NCBI RefSeq assembly: GCF_964194155.1
Contig: NC_135890.1
Location: forward strand, 44,640,001 to 44,704,000
Direction: 5' to 3'
Origin: Cetorhinus maximus
Lineage: Eukaryota
Length of the DNA: 64,000 nucleotides
Made by a program: the position numbers and the translations under genes. The notes below the pieces were generated by a model that saw nothing but the letters and a program-made list of their open reading frames with translations, was not told where the DNA came from and searched no databases. Position 1 is the first letter of the stretch. Each line of letters starts with the position of its first letter. Positions 13,672 to 27,180 of this stretch are shown in pieces.

Positions 13672-13950
13672 CAAGAACCGAAAATGCTGGGGGAAAAAAA
13701 CTCAGCAGGTCTGACAGCATCTGTGGAGAGAGAAACAAAGTTAACGTTTGGAGTCCAATATGACTCTTCCTTCCTATTTCAAGATACCCATTCCATTTCA
13801 TTCCATGAGTGTTCTGGAGAAGGGTCACACAGACTCGAAACGTTAACTCTGTTTCTTTCTCCACAGATGCTGCCAGACCTGCTGAGTTTTTCCCCCAGCT
13901 TTTTCGATTTTTATTTCGGATTTCCAGCATCTGCCGTATTTTACTTTTAT
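13672..13950 (+). mobile_element. Penelope-derived fold-back element with hammerhead-like motif and a captured 45-nt spacer
   Basis: Inverted arms at ~13672-13770 and 13811-13910. Right arm reads CTGGAGA-A-GGGTC-ACACA-GACTC-GAAACGTT-AACT. Confidence 0.85.
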
Positions 13951-14646
13951 GTACACGAGGACAGTCTGCTGCTGCAAACAATCAATAACCAGCAAGAGAG
14001 CAGCAAGACTCCTGGCTAATTGTTTAGAGCTAATGATAAGATTGCCAGCCTCGTTTAGACAAAAACAGCATTTCTCATCGTTTCTATTTCCTTTTTCGAA
14101 ACTTTTTATTTCAATTTTCACGCAGGCAGACGGAGAACGGTCACAAAACACAGTGAGTAAGCAGGTACTGGTAAATTATCGCTACTGTGCCATGTTGATT
14201 CTTCTCGTCCAAAACTCCGATTTTAGCAACAATTTGTAACAATGCCTTCAGAATACAAAGTAACGAATTGGCTATTTTCGAAAACCGTACTTTCTACCTA
14301 GTTGCCGAGCACTTATTCCCGCTTTATGCGTTTGGTTTTCTTCATTATTGTGGCTTCTGCTATTTACATATGGTAAAAAGAAAAAAAATAGCCGCTTGCT
14401 TAAAGTCCTTATTAAATAAAAATGTTTCCGTTAGGGTTCCAATGGGCTCACGGAGCGGAATCCTGGCGTGATCGCTGCCCAACAAATGCATCTAGATTCG
14501 CAAGGTGCACGTAATCTAAAACCAGCCTCAGAATTCGTTTCAAATTGACCTTGGAATCCTGGTGGGATAGTGGCCAAAACTGCAATTTCATAACACCAAC
14601 CAGACCCAGTTTTAATTTTATTAAAGTGGGACTGGCATGAGATTAA

Positions 14647-14681
14647 TGAGAGTTCTGGTCATCGACCTGAAACGTTAACTG

Positions 14682-14713
<32 letters not shown>

Positions 14714-14803
14714 CACAGATGCTGCCAGACCGGCTGAGTATTTCCAGCATTTTCTGTTTTCATCTCAGATTTCCAGCATCCGTAGTGCTTTGCTCTTGTA
14801 TCG
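14647..14803 (+). mobile_element. Penelope-derived short element (older subfamily, core partly deleted) containing a TGTC/CT microsatellite
   Basis: 10-bp TSD ATGAGATTAA (14637-14646 and 14804-14813); GGTC-ATC-GACC-TGAAACGTTAACT. Confidence 0.75.
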
Positions 14804-14899
14804 ATGAGATTAAAATACTGGTTATTTGGAAATAGTAAGCCATTTGCAGGGGTTTTTGTTTATCAGAGATGTGTTTGTCTCTGTTTATCTGGAAAAAAA

Positions 14900-15693
14900 A
14901 TTCCGGCTGTCCTAGATCTTTGCTGTTAGGGACGCCTGAATGAACGAGGTGTTTCCTTGTGACTAACTGGGAGAACCCAAACCCGTAACCGGAAGTGCAT
15001 TGATCCTTTTTAACCTAATTTCATTCTTAACGTACTCTGCATTACTTTACAGAACCACCGATCGCATTATGCCTGAAACGTGGCCATTCGTGGATAGAAA
15101 ATACATTACCTAGGTTCTTTTTAATATTTATGAAGGAAACATGTAGATTGAGTGCAATGATAAACATGTTAGTGTCAACATAGATTTGGTGTGGTTGTGT
15201 CAGAGGTTATCTGGCGTTGTTTGCAGAAATTGAAACAATCACTACATTTCTTGAAACAGCTTTGAAATCTTAATATTTGACCCGGAGCTTTCCATGAAAA
15301 CAAAGTTTTAGTTGTTGCATGCATCGCTTCTAATTTTTCTAAAACCGACATACACAAAGTAATCTGTTCTATGATCATAGTGCGGTGCCACATCCTCTCT
15401 TTAAATTTCCCCGAACTCCCCCTCCCCTCCCTCCGCCAGTTTGTAAAAATGCCTGTGCTCCTCCTCTGTGAGCTGGGTTAGTTGGGATTTTTGGTGCAGA
15501 TACAGCTCAGTGCCGCCGTTCCCCTCCTCACACCCACTCCCCACCTCCCTCTCTCTCTCTCCCTCCCTCCCACGGATGTTTTCTTGTGTTTGTTGTGAAG
15601 TGACATCACTCGTGCACACACTAACCCGAGCCGAAGAGTGGAGCCGCTCAGTTGCTTCAGGGCTCGGGCTGTGGAGACGAAAGCTCCAGGAAT
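14900..15693 (+). promoter_or_regulatory. Putative copine promoter / 5' UTR
   Basis: CpG visibly retained from about 13000 to 16300 compared with the CpG-depleted flanks. ETS-type CCGGAAGTG at 14989-14997, CT-rich tracts at 15410-15570, and CRE-like TGACATCA at 15601-15608 upstream of the ATG. Confidence 0.5.
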
Positions 15694-15770
15694 ATGGCGT
15701 CCATAGGCGACTTCGATCCTCTGCACGCCAACATCCCGGCCACCAAAGTGGAGATCACCATCTCAGGCAG
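15694..15770 (+). CDS. First coding exon of a copine (C2-C2-vWA Ca2+-dependent phospholipid-binding protein), CPNE5/8/9 subfamily, closest to CPNE5
   Basis: ATG at 15694 translates to MASIGDFDPLHANIPATKVEITISG-R(AG), followed by the donor AG|GTAATG at 15771 (phase 2). This matches the copine-5/8/9 N-terminus as I recall it (CPNE5 MASLSEFDSLAGSIPATKVEITVSCR) and the exon boundary in the R codon. Paralog identity cannot be settled from 26 aa, so the symbol is left empty. Too short for the ORF track. Confidence 0.88.
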
Positions 15771-17154
15771 GTAATGTACATCCGACAGCAATCTCCCCGC
15801 TTTGTCTCTCTCTCTCCCTCCTCAATGACAGGCGAGAAAAGGGGCTTCAGCGCATTGAGCGTGAAGTGCCATTTGCAATTCACTTTGACACCCAGCCTTA
15901 GCGCTGCCGATAGCCCATATAGTGAAAATGACTTGGAGAAAGTCAAGTTAACTCTAAGCAAGCGGGCTTCGTTCCATCCTTCATGACATGTGCGAGTATT
16001 TGGCACATTTGCTGAGGTAGTGCGTAATTCGCTTATTTTTTTTTTGTTGCCTTCCTGGACAATTGTTTAATACGGTTAAAGGTCTCCAGCTAAGTTCTGG
16101 GAAGTTGACACGAAAGTATGTCTGAGATTACGGGGGAAGTGAGATGTTAACTTTACCGCATCTGTTCCTGTGATCAGCGATATAGTAAGCCTGTTTCTGA
16201 CTTGTCTCACGTCTCAGTTACCACTATGTATAAAGTGACGGGGAGGTCTCTACGCTTCCTTGCTACTAAATTACCGAAGTGCGATGTGTGCAGATTATCA
16301 CACACTGGTTGGCAAGAAATAGGGAGGAATTTCCATCCATTAACGTCTGCAGTGCCGGATTCACAAACACATTTGTTCATTGTTAAACATGAAGTAAGAG
16401 TTTTTTTTTCATTAAATGAAAATTAACGATGGAAACATTTTAAAAAGTCTGTTCCACTGCCCAGTGGCAGCTGTGTGGAGCCCAAAGGGGACCTACATTT
16501 AGAAAACAAATCTAATGTTGGATTTTTTTGTGGTTTCCCTCAGGTAAATGTACCAAAGACCGATTTACTTTTTGCCCCCATTTTAGGCAGTTGAGTTTTA
16601 ATGAGATCCTCCCACGTATTAATTTTGATTTTAACCCACAAATAAACCTGTGTGTTGCCTGTCACAATGTAGAAACAAGTGTCTGAGTCTAGGCCACTTG
16701 CATTGGTTCCATCTTTTCCTTCCTGAGCAACAACTTAAGTCGGTCCAGCAATTGAAGAAGCGCAGCATGTTCCCAGATTTATGCAATACCTTGGACTCTT
16801 TTTTTCCAGGAACATGTTTAACTGGTGCTGGGGCGCCACTATGAATATGGCCCGCTCTTCGCTTCACCTTTGTTACTTCCTCAATCTGTTAATGAATGCA
16901 TGGCAATCACCAAGATTGGAAAGGGCTCATCTATTTTTCAACCCAGACTTGAAGCCAATGAAGGTTGAAGGAAGCAGCCCTCTGAGCACAAACTCATCAT
17001 GTGCTTTCCCCTTTCCCCCCAGCTACACGTATTCCACTACTTGCCTTGATATTTGCTGCCACAAATGGACAAGCCCAAGACTTGTGGCAAACTTGCTTCT
17101 TTTACTTACAATTTTGGTTGCTTTTCAGAAGTGGTTGTGGCCTCACCATCACTA

Positions 17155-17432
17155 ACCTGCCCACACCCTATACCCTTTAAATCCCTTGTTAGTCAAGAAT
17201 CTATCTACCCCTGCCTTAAAAATATTCAATGACCATGCGTTTACCACTTTCTGGTGAAGGGAGTTCCACAGGCTCTCAACTTTCTGAGAGAGGAAAAAAA
17301 ATCTCATCTCTGTCATAAATGGGAGACCCCTTATTTTTAAACTGTGTCCCTTAGTTCTGGGTCCTTCCCCCCACCAGGGAAAACATTCTTTTAGCATCCA
17401 CCCTGTCAAATCCCCTCAGGATCTTATATGTT
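17155..17432 (-). mobile_element. CR1 LINE 3' fragment
   Basis: ORF 17152-17409 gives RTKGHSLKI...WNSLHQKVV, the CR1 ORF2 C-terminus. Confidence 0.85.
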
Positions 17433-18089
17433 TCATATATTTATAATTTTGTTTCCCCTAGCGACCCCCCCCCCCCCACTCTTGTTTGCTGTCTCAATTG
17501 CACTCCACAAACAGTGTACTTATTTGATGGTTGTTCTTTGGATGTTAATGCTTCCTCTGATTTCTCCCTGCGTTGGAGAAATGCCTAGAATCTGGTGAGC
17601 ACCTGCCCATATCAGAGTGGTTCAGGTTGGCAACTTGTTAATGTGCCAGACACCAGCCCAATAAATGCTATCTAATGACAGCATGCCCTGTGGCTCCAAT
17701 GTGTTAGTGGGATTAATAACATATTCAAACATTTAATCATCCAACATCCTGTATTTTTGATCCACCATGATCATTTTTCTTCCTGAAAGGAAAATTTGGT
17801 AGTACTGGGGTGATGTTCTTCCAGTTGACCACTTTTTGGTGAAAAGTTTAAAGTTAGTACAAATAGAACCTTCTTGCTGAAAATCTCTAAAGGAAAAAAT
17901 CACCTAGACTTACTAGTTAACTTAGAGATGATATCTAGTTAAACACAATTACAGTAGAAAACAACAATATTTTATTCGATTTTATTGATGCAAATGACTC
18001 GCCAACATTGTGCAATAAATATTGATGTACAGGAATGTTCCAGTCCAAATATTGTTGCAGTATGGGCCAGGCGGGTACAAAATAATAAT

Positions 18090-18253
18090 CCAAAACAAAA
18101 ACAGAATTACCTGGAAAAACTCAGCAGGTCTGGCAGCATCGGTGGAGAAGATTTCTTCTCCACCGATGCTGCCAGGCCTGCTGAGTTTTTCCAGGTAATT
18201 CTGTTTTTGTTTTGGATTTCCAGCATCCGCAGTAGCTTTTAGCTTTTTGTTTT
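18090..18253 (+). mobile_element. Young Penelope-derived palindromic element (hammerhead lost at the apex)
   Basis: Arms of ~62 bp with one mismatch; 14-bp TSD TACAAAATAATAAT (18076-18089 and 18254-18267). Confidence 0.9.
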
Positions 18254-18864
18254 TACAAAATAATAATGTTTGGGGTGGCTGGGCCAGCAGACAGCCAAAT
18301 CATGTAACATGAGAGGCAGGGCTGGAGAAACTGTGATTGCCTTGAAAAATGATGTGCAGTGCTGTAGCCAGCATTTCAACAGCCTGTCAAGATGACATCA
18401 GGCTCTGAAAACTACTCCATTACTTTCTGTCAAACTTATCATGCTATTGCGACCACCTGTTTCTGGAAAAGATGCGAATGCTGGACACATGGTTGACAGA
18501 ATGCATTTGACATGTGATGCCATTGAGTGGTAAACTTGGGTTTGTGTATGTGGTCTGCCAATTGCAATGTGTTGTCAATCTGGACACTGGACAAAAGTCT
18601 TGGAGCAACCCATTTTCCTGGTTACTTAGTCAGAATTGGGCAGATTGATAAGGAAAAGGAAGTGAAAGATAATCTGAACATGGAGAGTAATATCTAAAAA
18701 AATCCTTTAGTTATCAATGAATATTCCCTATGTAAATTTCAGGAAAATTTCAACAAGGCACCTCATCTAGTATGACTAGATAGATTTCTGTTAAAAACTG
18801 ATACTTGAAATAATCTAGTTCTGTTCACACTGGAGACTGGATTTCACATTAACTTCTGTTTTTT

Positions 18865-19035
18865 AAAATTCATTCATGGGATGTGGGCTTCGCTGGCTGG
18901 GCCAGCATTTATTGCCCATCCCTAATCGCCCTTGAGAAGGTGGTGGTGAGCTGCCTTCTTGAACCGCGGCAGTCCATGTGGTGTAGGTACACCCACAGTG
19001 CTGTTAGGAAGGGAGTTTCAAGATTTTGACCCAGT
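18865..19035 (-). mobile_element. 3' tail of CR1-group LINE family B
   Basis: Reverse complement of the tail at 32350-32530. Confidence 0.8.
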
Positions 19036-20454
19036 GGCTCATGCCTAGCTAATTAATATCCAGACACTGCAAAAATGCCCTGTTGTTTATTGAAAATTGC
19101 CATGGAATCTCAAATATCAAACAAATAGGCTGACAAAGACATGGTAAACTTTTCAACCAAAGGACAGAATCTCTAGCAACCTAGCACTCCCTCAGTGCTG
19201 CTTCATTGCGATTCTGTATTTTCACACTTGAATAACTAATTTTCAAATCAGAGAATATATTCTGCAAAAGCTGTGGAGGTTGCATTATGAGCATGTGCCT
19301 GATAATTCTAATCACTCCACTTTTAGATATTCATATGTTCCCCTTGATTATTCACAGCAGACATGTCAGTATAAAAACAATTCCTTTCCCCACCCCCGCC
19401 ACAGTTGGATCATCTGCCTTGCTTTACTGTGTGCACCATTAGAGTGAAAGAAAGACTATACCAGTAGTTTATGATGTTTTATTTTCTAGTAATCAACTTT
19501 AAATTATCTCACTTGTGACAGTTTCTGAGGTTGCATATATTGTATTTAAAGGCATTTGCGATAGCATTAACAGATCAGAAAGATCATGGTCACACTGTCG
19601 TGTGGCAATGTGTGTGTGATTTAATGATATGCACCAGAGGTATTTGAGGCCCCTCTCCCTGTGTAAAATAAGAGTAAAGGTGTGTCAACCTTAAAATGGC
19701 CAGTAAGCAGCAGTTCAACTGGTGACTGGAGATTGTTTTGTTACTGACATTCAGGCTGATCTAATATACTCATGATCCAGAAAGACTTTGTTTTGGAGAT
19801 GTGAGCAACATCATGTGTGTTTGCATCTCCATTTGTGAAAGAGACAAATTAAGCAAGTAAGTTGGTGCAAGACACGTTGCCAGTTCTGGCCACGTTGAAG
19901 TTGGGGACCGTAAATCAAAGACTAAATAGGACATTTTTAGCATGTGGCATGGTGAGCTGGGGTTGTTGCAAGAAACAAGTAAGCAATGCGGAAAGAAATA
20001 CAGAACTGACTACTCACAGGAAACGTACTGAAAGTGTGCATGGGAAGATGAAAGACTTGTGGTATAAAACACATTTTATGTTGCTGCCGATGTAGGAGTT
20101 AATTGCAGCTTGTAGCAGTTAATTGTGGCTTCTCTGTATGAATTTTAACATTTTCTATGTGGTTTACTTGTTAAATGACTATAAATATGCTTAGTAACTC
20201 AGTTTGGAGCCTGAGTTGAACGTGAGAGTGGTGTGTTGATGGATCTGTCATCTTGAACAAGTTGGGGGTGAAGGAAAGATACGGTGGAAATCTAGGATTG
20301 GTGTGAGTCTTAATGATATGGTTTCTGTATCTGAGAAGATGCAGCTTCTGGATTGTACAGAGTGTAGGAATGCTTACAATGTGTGTAGGAGAAATTCAGG
20401 AAAAAAGAATGGTTCATTAAATTGTCTAGGACCAGAGGGCATAATCTCAGAGTA

Positions 20455-21372
20455 AGTTTGCAGATGATACGAAGCTTGGGAGTGTTGTGAACTGTGAGGA
20501 TGATGGTGTGGAACTTCAAGAGGACATAGACAAGTTGGAGGAGTGGGCAGGTAGGTGGCAGATGAAGTTCAATGCGGAGAAGTGTGAGGTGATGCATTTT
20601 GGTAGGAAGAACATGGACAGACAATACAAAATAAGATGCGAAATTTTGAAGGGGATGCAAGAGCAGAAAGACTTGGGTGTATATGTGCATAGATCATTGA
20701 AGGTGGCAGGACAGGTGGAGAGAGCAGTTAATAAAGCATATAGTATTCTGGGCTTTATTAATAGGAGCATCGAGTACAAGAGCAAGGAAGTTATGCTGAA
20801 TTTATATAAGACACTTATTAGACCTCAACTGGAATATTGTGTTCAGCTCTGGGCACTATACTATAGGAAGGATGTGAACACATTGGAGAGAGTGCAGAAG
20901 AGGTTTACAAGAATGGTTCGAGGGATGAGAAACTTCAACTATGAGGATAGCTTGGAGAGGTTGGGACTGTTCTCCTTGGAGAGAAGAAGGCTGAGCGGAG
21001 ATTTGATAGAGATGTTCAACATTACGAGGGGGCTGGACAGTGTAGATAGGGAGAAGTTGTTCCCACTCATAAAAGGATCAAGAATGAGAGGACACAGATT
21101 TAAAGTGACTTGCAAAAGAAGCAAGTGTGATGTGAGAAAAAACTTTTTCACACAACGAGTGGTTCGAGTCTGGAATGCACTGCCTGGAAGTGTAGTGGAG
21201 GTAGGCTCAATCGAGGCATTCAAGAGGATATTAGATGATTATTTGAATAGAAGCAATGTGCAAGGGTATGGGGAAAAGGCAGGCCAATGGCACTAGGTCA
21301 TAGTGCTCATTTGGAGTGCCCGTGCAGACGTGATGAGCTGAATGGCCTCCTTCTGTGCCGTTAAGATTCTGT
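20455..21372 (+). mobile_element. 5'-truncated CR1 (HER1-like) LINE with an uninterrupted ORF2 C-terminus, nested in another CR1 tail (20425-21650)
   Basis: ORF 20487-21296 (269 aa) contains WQMKFNAEKCEVMHFG, RPQLEYCVQ and WNALP. Tail aatggcctccttctgtgccgttaagattct. Confidence 0.92.
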
Positions 21373-24300
21373 AATAAGGGGTCGCTCATTTAAGACAGAG
21401 ATGAGGAGGAATTTCTTCTTTGAGGGTAGTGAATCTGTGGAATTCTTTACCACGGAGGGCTGTAGAGACTGGGTCGTTCAGTATGTTCAAGGCTGAGATA
21501 GACAGATTTTTCATCAGTAAGGGAATCAAGGGTTATAGGGAAAAGGCAGGAAAGTGGAATTGAGGATTATTAGATCAGCCATGATCTCATTGAATGGCAG
21601 AACGGACTCAATGGGCCAAATGTCCTCCTTCTGCTCCTATGTCTTATGGTAAATTGCTGTAAGCTTGTATCATATTGATGGTAACTTGTCTGGCTCACAC
21701 AGGCTTGCCGTAGCAGTTTAAAACTTATAAGTCTCACCTTTCCCAGCTTAAAACCTTAAATGAACAGGTAGAATACCAGTCTTCCTGTCTGTTGTACTTA
21801 ATTTCTGTAGGCGGAGGTACTTTTGGTCTCCATCCCCATTACCATGTCGCACTACCCTCACCTTTCTCCCAATAAGTTTGATATTGCTGGCAAATGTTTT
21901 GCAGTCGTACAATTCGAGAAAGGACAGAATTGAATCAAAAAGTGAGAATCTGGAACCGTTTTCTGACTTTCTAACTGAGTGTATCAGGCCAATTTCAGTA
22001 CCTCTACTGCCCAGTAAGTGAGACTGACTGATCCAATACAGGCTGGGGAATGAAGCTGGGTCTGTCTGTGTGTAAGGCTTAATCACTTATCAGATTTTCT
22101 TGTTGAAATGAAGAGATTGGCTATCACTTTTTATAGCATAATGTTAGTACCCGTTTCACAAATCACTAGAATAGCAGATTTTTTTAATTTGAAAAAAAAA
22201 TTCTACAACGGCCATTTGGCATTTTCTTGCTGGTATGTGCACCTGCCTATCTAGTTTCCCTGAGATTCGTTGACACCCATTGTTTTTCTTTTGTACCATG
22301 TTGTTCCAGCACCAAGTTTATCATTGTGTTTCTGTCTGTTCTTTGCTGCTCCTGTTGCCTCTCACTCTTGCAGCAAATGACTGTTACGGAATAGTGTGGG
22401 GACTGGGCTATCCTGAGTGTATGGTTTGGACCATTTTCACTTGTACCTAAGAAACCTGGAAGTCTTGCCTGTCAGAGCATTTCCTCACTATAATGTACAG
22501 GGCTGGCAGCAGGTATGGAAGGAAACACATGGAGGTCATTGGATGACTGTGAAATATATAGTCAGCAAATGTTGAGTGGGCATTAAAGGGGAATTGAAAT
22601 TTTGGAGGCTGGAGAAGTTAGACTGGGAGAATTTCATGCACTCATTTTATAAAACTGATTCCACCAAAAGCAACTCTCAATATTGTGCAACTGCCAGTGT
22701 TGCAAGCTTGTCTTGTTTTTGATTGGATGAATTTGGACCACAGGCAGAAACATTGGAACAACTGCAGATGCATGACCTTGCGTGTGTGCGTTTGACTCTA
22801 TTCCTACCAAACGTCAAGGGTAAGTTGATACAGACTAGCAGTATGAACATTGTATTTCATTCCTTTATAGACAGGGAGCTTAACTTGTCTGTGAAGGATG
22901 TCAAAATGACCATTTACCTTTAGCCGTTAGCAGTGTTTTTTGTCCAAGACAGGGAGTTAAATCACCTTTTAGAGGTGGTGTTTGCCCACTTCTTTTATCT
23001 ATTGAGATGCGTTGGATGGTGAGCTGGCCATGAGAAACCCTTCAAAGTACAAGTAGGATAGCATGTATTTAACATGAAAAAATATAGCCAGTACTTACCG
23101 TAATGAAACTGATTTTTTTGCTTTCTGAACATAAGGAATGTAATAGAAATGCAAATTACTTCCTTGACCCTTTTCTATTCTCCTGGTTGCTTTTGGTTCT
23201 CTTTTGATGGTTTAATGTTCATTGAATTGCTCATTTTCAATATTTCAAGTAAATTTTCATGGAAATATTTTTTGAGCAACAGAAACTTATTTAAGTTCAG
23301 TTCCTTCTGATGAGAGTTTCCTTTATCGACAGAACTAATTCCATACTTGACTCGAAGAATCTTTCATGCCAACTTTAAGAGGAGTTTAATCTCCTTCCTT
23401 CCCCTCAAGCCATGACATTTAAGAGTGTCAGTACTCACTTAGTGACTTTACTGCCTGTGTTCCAATGAAGGGACTGGTAGCTCATTTTCAGTTACTTAAC
23501 TGAGTCAGTGAATTTTCACTTCCTTGTCTAGTACCTAACGAAGAGTGAAAATGCTCACTTGTCTTCATGAAAAAGTGCTCAACAGATTTTATTTTTAATA
23601 GGTGAAAAATAATTGTAAAATTTTCTTTATATTGGTACCAGTTCTAAGTGCTGAAATAGATTCTTAATGACGATAATGAAATCTCAAACCTTTGCTGAAA
23701 TTAGCCACCATTTGGTAACTATGCATTGACAGAACTGAAACCAGAACTGTTCTGAGGGCTCTTTGGGTAAATACACTGCATGCTGTGAAAATGAGAGGTG
23801 CAGTTCAGAAAGGTTATCTTTATGATCTATAGCCTCTTCTGATTTCAGTGATTTCAGCCAGCATTGTGGAGTGATAGGCTACTACAAATTATCCCTGCAT
23901 CAAAATTGTTGCTGTTTCATTGTAAAGTTTTCTTAGCTTTGGTGTTATTTTCCTTTCCAGTTCTCTTCCCTCCCCTTGAAAACACGGGGAAAGATCAGCC
24001 AAGGTTCACTTTTGATCAGGATGTTATTCTAATTCACTGCAGTGTGGACACGAGGGGTCTTATATTAACTTGCTGGAACACTGCTTGTTTCAGATGGTGG
24101 TTTCTTTTAATGTGCAAATCTGGTTTCTATTATGTACATAGAACCCTGATTGCTATTGTAGGGCAGAGCTGGTTGGAGTACATGCAGTATGCTCTGACCA
24201 GTTTTAAATGTGACCTAGTTGAAGAGGTCCCAGAAAGGTAAGTTTAAAATTATTTCCTAGGGGCTACAGAAGGAAAAAGGACCATTCCACTTGGCCCCCA

Positions 24301-25799
24301 CCTCCCTGAGTCCAGCCCTCTATGATTGCAATCCACGCTGGACATGGCTGGCTGCCCAACTGATATCACACTGGCTTGATCGTGTGAGCTGTCTGGGAAC
24401 ATCCATTTGGCTCCGGCCTTTTCACTGCTGGAACAGGTGGACAACAGGAACATTTCATCAGTCAGTTGGCTAAAAGTTAAAATCTATCCAAAGATGAGGA
24501 AATGATTAAGGATGACTGTAATACACCCCACGGTTGTTCCAATACATGCATAATAGTGTCATGGCACCCCTGCCTAGACCTGAATCGAAGTGTGGTTGAG
24601 CACTATAAAGCTCCTGACACCCGTGAAACCATACCCAGCATGAGCAAACATCTTAAGGATTGAAGAGGAAATTAACACTGAAGTTAAGAAATCTTTAGAA
24701 TGAAACAATAAGAGTTTTAGCTAAATGAACTTGATAGAATCCTTTTTATAGTTCCAAAAGCATTTTTTCTCTATTAGAATGTAATTGTACAACATTCATC
24801 TCAACCTGGTTCTCCTGTTAAGTCTTCACAGATGGGGATTCACATATCCTATTAATGATACTACATTTATTTCCAGAAGAATGGTGTATTGAGGGTCATA
24901 CTAGTATAATATGGTAACCAAATCAAATAAAGTCTACAGTATGAACACTTAACAACCCAGTCAGTTTTTAAGCAGTGGTATCCACAATGTTTGAGGACAT
25001 GCTAGGAGCTACACCAAATTGAATGCAGCCTTTAATGTATAACAGTGTAGAATTTTCAGCTATTAGAAAAAAGGAACCTCATAATATAAAACAGTTGAAT
25101 ATGTTCCCTATTTATCACCATAATGTTTGTTTGGTGAAAGTAATTTGCAGCGTGCCATTTTAAAATATTCATTTTGTTCTGATTCTTTGAGCTTTCATCA
25201 GCTGCAGTAAACATCACAGTTGACTGCTGATTCAATTAAGCTGCTATAAGTCAAGTTTATGCAAGTTACAATCTTTCGTTACTGACATGTTTTGATGTGC
25301 ATACATAGTATACGACAGCAGGGCTCGTGTCCTAATTTTACTTGAGTTAACTTTAAGTTGACTGATCTTTGTTTCTATAATATGTATGTATACACTGTAC
25401 CAAAGGTTTGAGGCTACTGTTGTACAGGTCCTTCAACTCACTGGGCTAGCTTCAATTTTCCACTACAATACATGTGCAAGAACATCATTATTACCTTGTT
25501 GTTGGAACATTTTTATTTTGATGAAGCCAGATATATATTTGCATTTAAAATTTGGAATCTTGCCACTGGGCCTCTCTTTAAATAGCAACTATAAAGATTA
25601 TTAAAAAGCTTTCTTTTCTTTTATCTGTTTGGTAATTTTCTAAAATATTTTTGTTTGAAGCAATTATGTGACATCAGCAGCATTGCCTTGGAGGCTCTAA
25701 TGAACCTGGCAATATGAGGAAGTTGAATTAACACAGTTGATGACAAATGGTTAGACTCTTGTTACTCCTTCAAAATCTGGGCTAACAACTTGCTATATT

Positions 25800-26030
25800 A
25801 TATTTTGGAGGTGCCATCTTTCAAATGAAGCATTAAACAGAGGCCACAACTGTTCTATTGGGTGGACATAAGGTCCAATGGTGCTATTTTAAAGATCAGT
25901 GGAGTTATCACTGGTTTCCTGGCTAATATTCATTCCTTAATTACCATCATGAAAACAGATTATCCAGGATCTTTCACATTGCTGTTCATGGAAGCTTGTT
26001 GATTGGCAGCTGTGTTTCCTACAGTACAGT
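25800..26030 (+). mobile_element. Deu-domain SINE fragment
   Basis: Similar to 12410-12600 (ggaggtgccatctttc...ggtgctattttaaagatcagtggagtt). Confidence 0.6.
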
Positions 26031-26053
26031 GGTGAGAGTCAACGGGTGAATGG

Positions 26054-26413
26054 TGTCAATGTCCTATCAATTACATTGTGAAGGTTTGTTAATGTCAATT
26101 ACATTGTTATGGTTAAGAGAAACAGGTGATGGGTATTAATTGTCTTTGAGCATAGGGGATGGTTGAGACACTGAGGGGGAGATTTTGATGTGGAGTGCAC
26201 ATTAGGTATTACAAATGTAACTCTTTCGAGTACATTCACAGTTCTTGGTTTCCGGGAGTGGGACATGAACCCACAACCTTCTGATTCAAAGGCGAGGGTG
26301 CTATGAACTGAGCCACAGCTGACCTGTGAGACTGAACAGTTAATAAACTCACTCAATAAAGAAAAACTCTGTGCCTGGTTTTGGCTTCACCAACCGCTTG
26401 GATCCTTTTAACA
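26054..26413 (+). mobile_element. Solo LTR of the GalEa-like Copia family, with an inserted antisense SINE head (~26253-26325)
   Basis: TG...CA termini, exact 5-bp TSD AATGG (26049-26053 and 26414-26418), homologous to the LTR at 45634-45852. Confidence 0.85.
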
Positions 26414-26444
26414 AATGGGCCTTGATGGATATGGACAGCAAAGT

Positions 26445-27180
26445 TTTGGATGAGCTCACATGAGAGGGGGGTGGGCGGGCGGAAGATGGGGAGCCTTGGA
26501 ATAATCAAATTGAGTAACACAAGCATGGCTGAAACTTTCCGTAGCTGATAAGCTGAGACAGGGGCAGAGCTGGGTGATGTAATGAAGGTGGAATCAGATG
26601 ACCTTTGGGATGGAGACAATATGGGGTCAGAAGCTGAGCTTGGGGTCAAATGGGACCGAGATTGCAATTAGGTTGGTTCAGCTTGAGGTAGTGGCCAAGA
26701 AGCATGGAATTGATGGTGAGGGAGTTGAGGTTGCCGTGGCAGTTGAATACAATGGCTTTGCTCTTATCAGTGTTTAATTGGAAAATGTTGTGGTTCTTCA
26801 GGGCTCAATGTCAAGACAAGCAGCGACAGTGAAGAGGCAATGAAAGGGTAAAGGAAGGTTGTGGTGAGGTAGAACCGGATTTCATTATTGTATTGATGAA
26901 ACCTGAAATCACGTCTTTGGATGATGTTGCCAAGGGATGGCATGGAGATAAGAAATAGGAGGGAGTCAAGGATGGCAGGCATCGGGGGATATGGAGGGGC
27001 ATGGGGGGATATGGAGGGGCATGGGAGAGTGCCTCTATCTCTTGGGGAACTACGGAGGTAACAGTACACGTGTGAGGAGGGAAACTATTGCAGGAGGTTT
27101 CCTGACTACAACTGAATAGGCAAGAGTGGGATCAGGTGAGGGCAGTCTCACTCAGTTAATCAACAGAGGGGAGGCTTTAC
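26445..27180 (-). mobile_element. L2-type LINE RT fragment
   Basis: Minus-strand translation LLFLISMPSLGNII...FHQY matches the L2 copy at 36000-36100. Confidence 0.7.

Noticed and set aside
15468-15986. 172-aa ORF over the copine exon
   Set aside because: Wrong frame; it reads through the UTR and intron. The supported frame starts at 15694.
20487-21296. Intact 269-aa ORF as a domesticated gene
   Set aside because: It is the 3' end of a young, 5'-truncated CR1 with its tail and lacks most of the RT.
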